DNA of 64,000 nucleotides. It comes from Escherichia phage YX22. This document shows, in pieces, positions 36,601-44,615 of this stretch. The position numbers and the translations under genes were made by a program. Numbering within the stretch: position 1 is the stretch's first letter; each line of letters begins with the position of its first letter. The notes under the pieces were generated by a model. The model was not told where the DNA came from and made no database searches. It saw nothing but the letters and a program-made list of their open reading frames with translations. The stretch lies in sequence record OR776998; one strand, 5' to 3'.

Positions 36601-36703
36601 AATAAACGACTTCGTCTTCTTTGACACCGAAATTTCGAGCGATAGATTGTTTGTTAACTTCTATGGAAGTGGAGCCGCGTGGTTGATTGAATTGAGAAAT
36701 CAT
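33677..36703 (-). CDS. endosialidase tailspike (endo-N-acylneuraminidase) with C-terminal intramolecular chaperone
   Basis: Long stretches match K1F endoNF as I remember it: HGVSRLHVSW..SGDDGQTW, GTRSDRLGSSLHRS, YLGSNPIVTSNGEKKTEPVVFDDAFLDAWGDVHYIMYQWLDAVQLKG, ..RKLERIEARLSALEQK. Confidence 0.9.
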   Translation of the reverse strand: MISQFNQPRGSTSIEVNKQSIARNFGVKEDEVVYFTAGIDLSGFKVIYDESTQRAYSLPSGIVSGTTAVSLNEQAILAHSAGSVDLGELAVSREEYVTLPGSFDTGATLNVKNELLTHVAGKYRWEGEFPKTVPAGSTPGSTGGTGTGAWVSVGDASLRSQLSDPDGATKYPDLQIARWRDTFDPRGWNAKGDGVTDDTSALNGVLNAAPVGQKINGNGKTYKVTSLPDISRFVNTRFVYERIPGQPLYYASEEFVQGELFKITDTPYYNAWPQDKAFVYDDVIYCPFMASDRHGVSRLHVSWVRSGDDGQTWTTPEWLTDLHPDYPTVNYHCMSMGVMRNRLFAMIETRTLASNALVTCELWDRPMSRNYHPTGGITKAANQPVAVITIPEHGLFAGDFVNFSNSGVTGVSGNMTVTSVIDRNTFTVTTPNQQAFDQNNSTSRWHMGTSFHESPWRKTSLGLIPMVTEVHSFTAINNDSFMMGYHQGDVAPREVGMLYFPDAFNNPGLYQKRRIPADYEPDAAEPCVKYFDGVLYVLTRGTRSDRLGSSLHRSHDLGMTWESLRFPNNVHHSTLPFAKVGNELIIFATERADNEWEANVPDQRYFTSYPRTFYTRVNLDTWNLDNTQWVNITDQIYQGGIVNSGVGVGSVVVKDSYIYYMFGGEDHLNPWTYGDNSAKDPFKSDGHPSDLYCYKMKIGPDNRVSRDFRYGAVPDRAVPVFFDTNGVRTVPAPMEFTGDLGLGHVTLRASTSNNIRSEMLLEGEYGFIGKSVPTNNPAGQRTIFCGGEGTSSSTGAQITLYGANNTASRRIVYNGAEHLFQTADVKPYNDNAIALGGPSNRFTTAYLGSNPIVTSNGEKKTEPVVFDDAFLDAWGDVHYIMYQWLDAVQLKGNEARIHFGVIAQQIRDVFIAHGLMDENSTDCRYAVLCYDKYPRMTDMVFSHNEIVEHTDEEGNVTTTEEPVFTEVVIHEEGEEWGVRPDGIFFAEAAYQRRKLERIEARLSALEQK
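36224..36703. repeat. shared RBP N-module, copy 2
   Basis: Same module as 30124-30603. Confidence 0.8.
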
Positions 36704-36707
36704 GATA

Positions 36708-36780
36708 ATACCCCATAAAGGATGACCAATATGGGGTATTTAGGCTGAACTAATAAATTTATGAACAAAGGTATAACAAG
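36708..36780. repeat. promoter/leader repeat, copy B
   Basis: Matches 33331-33404. Only the first 20 nt of the small plus-strand ORF survive here. Confidence 0.8.
36737..36743 (-). promoter_or_regulatory. late-promoter-like core CTAAATAcccc
   Basis: Forms an 11-bp inverted repeat (36707-17 with 36730-40). Confidence 0.55.
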
Positions 36781-36801
36781 AACCCTGCCGAAGAGGGGGT
36801 T
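36781..36801 (-). terminator. degenerate stem-loop after the 993-aa gene
   Basis: AACCC...GGGTT, at the position where the other cassettes have terminators. Confidence 0.35.
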
Positions 36802-36805
36802 AGTT

Positions 36806-39787
36806 TTACGGGTAAGCACTCTCGAACTTACAGAACCAAGTCGTTCCTCCATCAGTTGTTGACAACCTAAAAACTTGTGTTCCAGCTGCTGTCAAAGATG
36901 GGGTACTACTTGCTAATATAACATTTGCACCAAATGTTATTGTTTTAGATGTTGTTGAATAGACAGCCAAAAGAACCTCAACATAACCAATTAGTGTATT
37001 TGTTAATACTGCTGGAGTTATTGTTACATCTCCTGTAACTGTAGCTGCGATGTAAGATGCGTCTGAAAAGTCAGGCGCATAACTTGCTGTTGGCGTCTCG
37101 AACTTTGGATTTCTTACCAATACAGGAACTCCAACATTTTTCCTGAAAATTGTACTATTGCAAACCATATCATACTCTATACCAACAAAATTCTTAGCTG
37201 CGAGTATGTTAGTAAATGTCTGGTCCGCAGAGTAAATATGAGTTATCAGCCTTGCCACCCATGCTGGTGAGTTTGAGTTTTCACACTCAATGAATGAGCA
37301 GTTGGTACTACCAACAGCGAATGGCATTAATGATGCCGTATATGAAGATAGCCCTGCGTCATTGAATGCATTCATATTCACAAAAGTCTGGCATTGAGAG
37401 AACGTATTACCGGTGGCTCCACCATCAATAAAAAAGCCAATCCCGCCGTTAATATAACCATCTACAGGATCTAAATTAGCTTTCGTGTAGTCCCATTTTG
37501 ATGGAGAATCTGCAAAACATTGATTGAAGGAATTGTTTATTGAGTTCTGTACAACAAAGCAGCATTTCATCCTTGAGTTCTGGTCAGTGACTGTATCGTC
37601 ATACATGCCCCAGTTGTGCACCTTACCAATTCTGTTATTACCACCACCACGAACCCAGGTACCAAATCGGAAATAACGACCTTCACCCATGCTAACCTGA
37701 TGATCGCTACCTTCAACAATGTGGGCTGTGCTGAGCGGATTAGTTGGTTTTAATACACCAACAGCATAAAACTTCAATAGGTGCACACCCATACCGCCAG
37801 CAATATGGATGCCATGACCATCAACGTTGGCTACGTAAATGCCTTCTAACTTGTTAGCATAGCCATCGGATATCTTAAACCCATTAACAGTTTTTGCACG
37901 GGCATCAATTAATAAGTTGCTGATATGCCCAGCGTATTGATTACCCGTCCCTTTATCGCATTTAACAGCATAGCCAGAGGAGTCTGCAACGAAGTCATCG
38001 GTGAGGTACACCCCACCGAAACCAGCATCAATGCTAACATCTCCGTGAATGTGTAGTGTCGTACTGATAGGATATTTCTTCCCATTCAGCCTGATAACTT
38101 TGCTTACAGTGTTAGGTTGTAGCCAGTCAGGATGGTTAGCAGCACTACTTGGTGCATGTTCTAAACCTGTTAAAGCTGCCGCAGCATCAATCGCATCCTG
38201 TAATGATGGATACATATCCGGGTTGACATTTATAATTTTCTTAAGCGCATTGCCAACAGTACCAGTTTCGTAATCAATTGACTTATCAAAACCTGAAAAA
38301 CCTGCTCCTGTAGGTTTAGCCAATTCTGACTTCAATGAAGCATCACCAACACTAATCCATGCGCCAACACCAACGCCGCCTGTTGTCATAAGAGTTGAGC
38401 CAGGAGCAACGGTTTTAGGAAGTGTACCATCCCAACGATACTTTCCATCAGTATGGGTGAGTAATTCATTTTTAACATTGATGACAGCACCAGAATCAAA
38501 TGTCCCAGACAATGTAACATATTCTTCACGAGATACAGCCAATTCCCCGAGATCTACAGAACCCGCTGAATGCACAAGTACAGCGGAAGAACTAAGACTG
38601 ACAGCAGTAGTACCAGGGACAATATCAGCAGGCAAGGGATAAGCCCTTTGCGTCTCCTTGTCATAAATAACTTTATACCCACTTAACGCAGCACCAACAC
38701 TAAAATAAACGACCTCTGTATCTTTAACATTGGTTACACGAGCAACTTCCCGCAAAGTATAATCAATTTGATTATAGATGTTTGGTGTTCCATTGATAAT
38801 TACAACAACTTCATCCTCTGGTTCCAGTTCTTGCGCAAGAGTGATTTTACTGGTTAATGGATCGAATGTGAATCCCAGATTTTTATACTGGCGACTTCCG
38901 TTTATATCAATGGCCGGAACATCATCAACAACGACGTCCAACGTGATTTCGGTTTCACCGCCAATCGCTGAACCCCCATTATAGACCCAGGTAATCGTAG
39001 AAGAACTAGAACCACCGCCATTACCCAATTGAATAGGAGTATATTCAATCACCTGAAGTTCTGTGTTGGCTGGCAAAGAAGGGCTGAAAGTGATTACATT
39101 CCCATCTAGTGAATATTTGGATTCCGCAAGACGTTTTCCGTCAGCATACACGTCCACGATTGTTGGTGGGGTATTGAGAGCGACAGTACTTGTTTCAGAC
39201 GCCAAAATTTTTGTAAAGATTTCACGACTGTAGACGCGACCTTGGCCAAGACCGACGCCGGATGTAATAATCCAACCTTGTTCAGGTCCAGACCAAGTGA
39301 ACGTTGCTGATACGTTATCAGTTGTTATAGCCATGTCTTCAGTGGAGCCATACAAATTATTTCCAGAAGGAGACACAGTCAATGGGTAAGTGGCAAATTT
39401 CCCATAAGCATCACAAATAGTAACGGAATCCCCAATACGCGTAGGGGAAGGGAGAACCACTGTAGATGCCCCTGTGGTATTATTAATGAGATAGCCTCGC
39501 CCTTCAGTGAGCGTTGCCGTAGAGGCATGCGGAAGGACTTCCCAGCGGATACCACCGCCACCCAGCGGCAACCATCCACCATTTTCATAGAAGCCCTCAA
39601 ATTCGTCGGAGTCGGCATTGTAGCGAACGGAAGACGGGAGTCCTGCGCTGGCATTACCCTCGGGTAAAGTCAGGACAGCATCTGGTCCATGCTCAATCGT
39701 ACCCGTGTTGAGGAGACCAGCCAAAGTAGACTGCTCTTCAGCCGCCAGACCGAGAGGGAAAACAGGCTGTGTTGGTTTATTAGCCAT
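36806..39787 (-). CDS. tailspike/branching receptor-binding protein
   Basis: 993 aa from the ATG at 39787 (MANKPTQP). Fibre-type N-terminus (VRYNADSDEFEGFYENGGW), Ig-like repeats, an internal copy of the shared module, and a C-terminal enzyme-like domain. Confidence 0.7.
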   Translation of the reverse strand: MANKPTQPVFPLGLAAEEQSTLAGLLNTGTIEHGPDAVLTLPEGNASAGLPSSVRYNADSDEFEGFYENGGWLPLGGGGIRWEVLPHASTATLTEGRGYLINNTTGASTVVLPSPTRIGDSVTICDAYGKFATYPLTVSPSGNNLYGSTEDMAITTDNVSATFTWSGPEQGWIITSGVGLGQGRVYSREIFTKILASETSTVALNTPPTIVDVYADGKRLAESKYSLDGNVITFSPSLPANTELQVIEYTPIQLGNGGGSSSSTITWVYNGGSAIGGETEITLDVVVDDVPAIDINGSRQYKNLGFTFDPLTSKITLAQELEPEDEVVVIINGTPNIYNQIDYTLREVARVTNVKDTEVVYFSVGAALSGYKVIYDKETQRAYPLPADIVPGTTAVSLSSSAVLVHSAGSVDLGELAVSREEYVTLSGTFDSGAVINVKNELLTHTDGKYRWDGTLPKTVAPGSTLMTTGGVGVGAWISVGDASLKSELAKPTGAGFSGFDKSIDYETGTVGNALKKIINVNPDMYPSLQDAIDAAAALTGLEHAPSSAANHPDWLQPNTVSKVIRLNGKKYPISTTLHIHGDVSIDAGFGGVYLTDDFVADSSGYAVKCDKGTGNQYAGHISNLLIDARAKTVNGFKISDGYANKLEGIYVANVDGHGIHIAGGMGVHLLKFYAVGVLKPTNPLSTAHIVEGSDHQVSMGEGRYFRFGTWVRGGGNNRIGKVHNWGMYDDTVTDQNSRMKCCFVVQNSINNSFNQCFADSPSKWDYTKANLDPVDGYINGGIGFFIDGGATGNTFSQCQTFVNMNAFNDAGLSSYTASLMPFAVGSTNCSFIECENSNSPAWVARLITHIYSADQTFTNILAAKNFVGIEYDMVCNSTIFRKNVGVPVLVRNPKFETPTASYAPDFSDASYIAATVTGDVTITPAVLTNTLIGYVEVLLAVYSTTSKTITFGANVILASSTPSLTAAGTQVFRLSTTDGGTTWFCKFESAYP
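38327..38755. repeat. shared RBP module, copy 3 (internal)
   Basis: Residues ~355-497 of the ORF: ..YKVIYDKETQRAYPLP..VSREEYVTLSGTFDSGAVINVKNELLTH..KYRWDGTLPKTV.. Confidence 0.8.
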
Positions 39788-39824
39788 TTCAAATACCCCT
39801 AAATGTGTTCGTTTCATCTAGGGG

Positions 39825-39831
39825 TATTTAG
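39825..39831 (-). promoter_or_regulatory. late-promoter-like core CTAAATAcccc
   Basis: Forms an 11-bp perfect inverted repeat (39791-801 with 39819-29). Confidence 0.55.
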
Positions 39832-39839
39832 TTTTCACT

Positions 39840-41030
39840 TTAGAAAGAAGCTACAATAGAATAATCGACCGAACAAGCAGTTGTTGTATTCGCATTAACA
39901 ACGGAAATTCTCAATTTACCGCCCACCACAGCCCCTGTGAACGTCACTGTACCGCTCGTACTTTTCTGAACCAACAACTCCGATTTGATCGTTCCGTCGC
40001 GAGTTATAGTTACTCGATATGTATCAACAACGTCACCTGTTCCCCATTGCGCGGTCACCAGTATTTGACAAAGGTTCACCAAATCAAAATCTGGAAGAGC
40101 CGTCGTCCCAGAAGCCGAAACCGTGTAAGAAGACAAATTCGTTTTGGTACGATAAACGGCGTTCCCTAAACTATTGTCGACAGAGGTCATCTTGGCATTA
40201 TACGTTGATACATTAACTTTATCACTGGAAAGAGAACTGATGCTGTTATCCAGAGATGTCATCTTCGTGTTGTACGTGCTGACCTCGACTTTATTACCCA
40301 GAGACGTATTGATATTGGAGATACTCAAATCCAACGATGCCATCTTAGTGTTGTAAGTCGATGTGTTGACTTTCCCGTTCAACGACGTGTTGATGCCATT
40401 AATCTGGGACTCTAGACTCAGCATATCTGCGTCATACGCTGTCGTTGTCACATATCCACCAAATCGGTTATCTGCAAACAACGCATCAAAAAATGCAGTC
40501 ATTGTCCAATAACGCGCTCCAGAATCTGTTTGTACTGGAATTGAAGTCGGCAGTGTTGATCCGGTATACGCAGACAATCTGGTGAAGTCCAAATTGAATT
40601 TGTAATATCCGGATGCCAACAACTCCCCAGCCAAACCAGAACCAGGTGGGGTAGTGTCTTCACTGACACCATGCTTTCTCAGCATGCTCAGGTTAACACC
40701 ATCTGTCGCTACCACAGGCTCATCCACGATAGACAGTTTCTTTCCAGCCGGAACAGTCAGGCCGCCGTTGGCTGTCAACAACGCAGCAAAAGTCTTGTTC
40801 CCGTTGATCGTTTGTTCACCACCGTCGGTGCGGATCACTTTGTTTTCCAGTGTGTCGTAGATATTATCCACAGAACGCTTCAGCTCGTATGTCAAATGAG
40901 CTGAAGGAGGGAACAACGGATCATCAACAGCGAAATCGTTGACAACATCAGTCTTGCTTATTTTATCGTCAACAGAAGAAAGGATTGCATCAATCTGCTG
41001 ACCTGTGTATCGACTCAGAAAATCGGCCAT
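39840..41030 (-). CDS. tail fibre protein
   Basis: Fibre-like N-terminus (..EQTINGNKTF..LTANGGLTVPAGKKLSI..) and VSTYNxKMxSLDxS repeats. Confidence 0.7.
   Translation of the reverse strand: MADFLSRYTGQQIDAILSSVDDKISKTDVVNDFAVDDPLFPPSAHLTYELKRSVDNIYDTLENKVIRTDGGEQTINGNKTFAALLTANGGLTVPAGKKLSIVDEPVVATDGVNLSMLRKHGVSEDTTPPGSGLAGELLASGYYKFNLDFTRLSAYTGSTLPTSIPVQTDSGARYWTMTAFFDALFADNRFGGYVTTTAYDADMLSLESQINGINTSLNGKVNTSTYNTKMASLDLSISNINTSLGNKVEVSTYNTKMTSLDNSISSLSSDKVNVSTYNAKMTSVDNSLGNAVYRTKTNLSSYTVSASGTTALPDFDLVNLCQILVTAQWGTGDVVDTYRVTITRDGTIKSELLVQKSTSGTVTFTGAVVGGKLRISVVNANTTTACSVDYSIVASF
40170..40400. repeat. three degenerate tandem repeats (~72-81 bp) inside the fibre gene
   Basis: Units begin near 40188, 40260 and 40341 (catcttNgNgttgtaNgt...). 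They encode V(N/E)xSTYN(T/A)KM(A/T)S(L/V)D. Confidence 0.6.
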
Positions 41031-41032
41031 TT

Positions 41033-41887
41033 TTAACTCCTTGAACTTTCTAGGAATACAGTAAACCCAGCAGGATGGAAATGCTGACGGAAGACGCGGT
41101 CAAACACACCTTCAAAATCAGATACGTTGCCAGGAACTCTTATCACATACGTGAATTCATCATAGTAGTAATCGTCACGCATTCCTGTCGCGCCGTCACA
41201 TTCAAAGTTGTCATCCAGGCCACCAATTGCTTCCTTGGGATAATACACACTCACTGGGCAACCAAAGTAAATCCAGAAGAACAATTCAATCGCTTTCTTC
41301 GTCCCGCGAATGCGATAAATGTGTTTAAGTAACTTCAACCAGCGTACATGGTCCAGTGTCCGGCGTTCAGTTCCCTCGACATACACAGAGAGTGTGTCTC
41401 CGTCTGAAGTCACCAAACTGTCCGAACCAACTGGCACAAACTTCCCGAACTCCAGGAAGGACTTATCAACCGTTCTCTGGAATCCAAAATCAGCATACCA
41501 ATCGTCGATGCGTTCGTTCTTGTCTTCCATTGAGATTAATGGTCGACCGTCCACGTCCAGCAAATCTTCGAAGTCTAGCGCCATCATGTTCTCAAACGTG
41601 CGCGTCAGGAACTTGTCTTCCAAGAAGTCTTTGGCCTCAGTACCTGGCGTCTTGCGCTTCTTGATGTCAATCAACTGCTCAATAGGAGACTGATCCGTAT
41701 TTGGGTTCACCCAACCACCAGTGTCTGCCAGATACGCCAAGATCTCCTCTTCGGTGAATCCCTGCTGGCGATACAACCAGTTGAAGAACGTATCCATAAA
41801 CTCGATGAATACTGGGAATTCATTCTGGTAAAACAATGGGGTTTCATATTTCACCCCATTGTGTCCGTTATTAAGATCTTTGGACAT
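41033..41887 (-). CDS. baseplate wedge protein (P2 gpI-like)
   Basis: Lies between the gpJ-like gene and the fibre gene. Contains an IYRIRGTKKAIELFFWIYFG-type motif. Confidence 0.55.
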   Translation of the reverse strand: MSKDLNNGHNGVKYETPLFYQNEFPVFIEFMDTFFNWLYRQQGFTEEEILAYLADTGGWVNPNTDQSPIEQLIDIKKRKTPGTEAKDFLEDKFLTRTFENMMALDFEDLLDVDGRPLISMEDKNERIDDWYADFGFQRTVDKSFLEFGKFVPVGSDSLVTSDGDTLSVYVEGTERRTLDHVRWLKLLKHIYRIRGTKKAIELFFWIYFGCPVSVYYPKEAIGGLDDNFECDGATGMRDDYYYDEFTYVIRVPGNVSDFEGVFDRVFRQHFHPAGFTVFLESSRS

Positions 41888-43649
41888 AACGCACCTCCGG
41901 CTCCACAGTTACAGCACCGATGCGGAGCACCTGATTCTGTGTGGCCTGAATGTTCTGGTCAAGACCGTCTGGAGACACAATTATTGTCACACCCTCAGTG
42001 TTGTAGTTGGATACTATGATACGCTGGAGTTCAACAACGCCAGTCGCATAATCAACCTTTCCAACAGCTTGTACCAGATATTCCTTGGTCGTGTCTGTTG
42101 TACTCACCTTGTACATATTCAGGACACCACTGACGTCGCGTATGTAGTAAGTGAATTCGACCTCGGCCGGAAGCGGCTTAAACCCACTGATACGCACAGA
42201 ACCAGACGCAATCGAGCGCCCATAATCGAACGTGAAGCTGTCCAGTACCCCATAGTCTGGCTTGAAATGGCGCTTATACTTCACAGAAGTGATGTTTGAC
42301 ACTATCGATCTGTCCATGTCGGTGATTGCCGACTGTAACTGCTCTTTATCGAACAGTTCGTCGAATCCTTCTAGATTCCCCAAGCCCCAGTTGACAACAC
42401 CGTTCTTCACGACTGTCTTCAACTGCTCTTCGGTATAGGACGTGGAAGTCGGATCCCAGAACACGCGGGTGATGACATCAACATAAGTCAGTTCAGCGTC
42501 GACAATCTTGGGTGTGATCGTGCCCACATTGTACTTGTCTAACGTCGCCACGATATCTGCCTTCTCAGCGTCCGAGAGCGCCTCACCAACAGAAGGTATC
42601 ACAGCAATGTAAACGTATCCGGAGTCGGGCGGAGAGAGCGTGTCGCCGCCATATGCTTTGGCGCGGGAGACGTTAGAGAACAGACGCTCGGTCAACACAG
42701 CATAATCGACTTCGGCCACTGCCGCACCCTCAGCCTGATAAGCCAGCGGAGCAAGACGCTTGATGTCCTCAATGCTCTCTGGGTCCTTACCACCGGAAGA
42801 ACGTTCTGACACCAGCTCAACATCTACAAGGTTGAATCCCCCGATGGAAGACGCGGAGGACAAGGCAGTGATGTCATTGCCGTCTGCACCAGCTGTCTCC
42901 AGATACTGGAGGTACACGATGTTCCCGTCTTCTACTCGCTTACAGATATACCCATCACCGAATTCGAACGTGTACATCCCGTCCAACCCCAGCTCAACGA
43001 AGTAGAGTTGCGCATACTGGCTCAAATCGAACGGGCTGACATATCGTGAGAAGGTAGACCGCACGTCAGATGTCTCAGATTCCTGCACCTGCACCACCAT
43101 ATGGTCGATGTCCACGGAAGAAGATGGGATCACATAGGTAGAGATCGCGCTGCCTTCCACATCATAGGACTTGTACAGCCAGTTACCCTGTATGAGTTTG
43201 ATGTTCTCGAACTTGTAAGAGCCGTCTACAAGAGAGGCACTCACAGGTTGGTCAACCGTGAAGTTATAGGATTTTCCATCCTTCACCCCAATGAACATCG
43301 CGCGGCGATCCATCACAATCGTGTCTGGAGCCGTGCTGGCGTCATATGGAGTGACTGTGACGTTTGCGTACAGGTACGCTGCCTGGTAGTTGTGAGGGGT
43401 GTAAGATAAGAACCCCGCCGCCAGACCGACATTAGAACGCTGTTGAGCAGAGTGAAGATGGCTTTCGCCATTCAACATGTTCTGCATGAACCCGATAGAG
43501 TTGGCATCCGAGGCCAAGATACGCACGATTGCACTGAGACCAGAACCTTCAAAGTCATAATCCTTGAAAGTTGGATCAGCTTTCATGCGCTTCTTGATAA
43601 GATACTCGAAAGCCCTGACATCGAGTGAAGGGACTGTTTGCGTGGCCAT
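41871..43649 (-). CDS. baseplate wedge protein (gpJ / T4 gp6-like)
   Basis: 593 aa from the ATG at 43649 (MATQTV) with a GGAGAT SD. It is the first gene behind a late motif. Confidence 0.55.
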   Translation of the reverse strand: MATQTVPSLDVRAFEYLIKKRMKADPTFKDYDFEGSGLSAIVRILASDANSIGFMQNMLNGESHLHSAQQRSNVGLAAGFLSYTPHNYQAAYLYANVTVTPYDASTAPDTIVMDRRAMFIGVKDGKSYNFTVDQPVSASLVDGSYKFENIKLIQGNWLYKSYDVEGSAISTYVIPSSSVDIDHMVVQVQESETSDVRSTFSRYVSPFDLSQYAQLYFVELGLDGMYTFEFGDGYICKRVEDGNIVYLQYLETAGADGNDITALSSASSIGGFNLVDVELVSERSSGGKDPESIEDIKRLAPLAYQAEGAAVAEVDYAVLTERLFSNVSRAKAYGGDTLSPPDSGYVYIAVIPSVGEALSDAEKADIVATLDKYNVGTITPKIVDAELTYVDVITRVFWDPTSTSYTEEQLKTVVKNGVVNWGLGNLEGFDELFDKEQLQSAITDMDRSIVSNITSVKYKRHFKPDYGVLDSFTFDYGRSIASGSVRISGFKPLPAEVEFTYYIRDVSGVLNMYKVSTTDTTKEYLVQAVGKVDYATGVVELQRIIVSNYNTEGVTIIVSPDGLDQNIQATQNQVLRIGAVTVEPEVRYVQRS

Positions 43650-43688
43650 GATAATCTCCATCACCTGAGTTTGAATATGGTGTTGAAG

Positions 43689-43695
43689 ATATTTA
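43689..43695 (-). promoter_or_regulatory. late-promoter-like core CTAAATAtc
   Basis: 40 nt upstream of the 43649 ATG. Confidence 0.5.
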
Positions 43696-43708
43696 GCCAA
43701 CGGGAATC

Positions 43709-43726
43709 AAAACGCTCGCGCGCGTT
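43709..43726. terminator. stem-loop at the divergence point
   Basis: AAACGC-tcgcgc-GCGTTT. A TTTTG run follows on the minus strand. Confidence 0.3.
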
Positions 43727-43951
43727 TAATTTATTCGAATATAACTCGCAAGGGGGCTGACGCCCTCGCTCGTAACACCGCCCTATGCGGGCAGCACCAT
43801 TCCACAGCCATGGAGGCTGCTTCTCGTTGTTCGTTAACACTCACAACTCGAAGGGCACTGCGTTAGGATACAGTTTCTTGATGTTGTAGAAAAGTAGTTT
43901 TTGCCTATTAATAATCACTGTCATTGTTTTATTGGCCATTCCTGTGTTTAT

Positions 43952-43977
43952 ATTCAATAAACATACTCCCAATATAA
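43952..43977 (+). promoter_or_regulatory. TTCAAT-N14-TATAAT promoter-like element
   Basis: TTCAATAAACATACTCCCAATATAAT, 38 nt before the 44015 ATG. Confidence 0.6.
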
Positions 43978-44014
43978 TAACGGAGACATTTAATCAATCC
44001 AGTGAGGCTCCGGA

Positions 44015-44584
44015 ATGCACATTAACACAGCAATCATGAAACACATTATTCCTTTGTTAGCAAAATACGAAGGGGAACGCGCCACGAAAATCCCTTTTGG
44101 AACAATCACCGATGAAGTGAAACGCCTGACAGGTAAAAGTATCAATTTCCGTCGCGTTATTGAATCTGCGTTAGAGTTGGCCCGTTCTGATTTACGAAAT
44201 CCAACATTTTCATTTAATATTGACATAACTTCTTCACTTCGACAAGAAATGGAAGAATCATCACAAGCGCGGCGCAATCGTTTCCGTCATTTATATGTTC
44301 GTAACGAATTCTCTGAAGGTCGTGTTGGTATGAAACTGGAGTCTATTCGTTCTGACATTTGCTTCACTGTCAACTATGTTTTAGAGCCAGAAAGCGGGCG
44401 CATTTATTTTGGTGCGATTATCGGTTTCTATGGGAACTCTATTAATGGTTGGGCAGAACGTGTTGGATTAAAAGAAACCCAGAACACTCATTCCACACCT
44501 TCTACCCATTATATGACGCATGAAGCTGCTGGCGAATATGTTTACCTTCTGCGTCGTATTGTGAAGTTAGAAGTGTTAAAATAA
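44015..44584 (+). CDS. hypothetical protein, first gene of the RNA/tRNA unit
   Basis: 189-aa ORF. No motif recognised. Confidence 0.6.
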   Translation: MHINTAIMKHIIPLLAKYEGERATKIPFGTITDEVKRLTGKSINFRRVIESALELARSDLRNPTFSFNIDITSSLRQEMEESSQARRNRFRHLYVRNEFSEGRVGMKLESIRSDICFTVNYVLEPESGRIYFGAIIGFYGNSINGWAERVGLKETQNTHSTPSTHYMTHEAAGEYVYLLRRIVKLEVLK

Positions 44585-44591
44585 CGCTTTA

Positions 44592-44615
44592 TTCAATAAA
44601 GAATTGCAGTAAAGT
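44592..44615 (+). promoter_or_regulatory. weak TTCAAT-N12-TAAAGT element
   Basis: The box is perfect, but the spacing and the -10 element are off-consensus. Confidence 0.25.
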
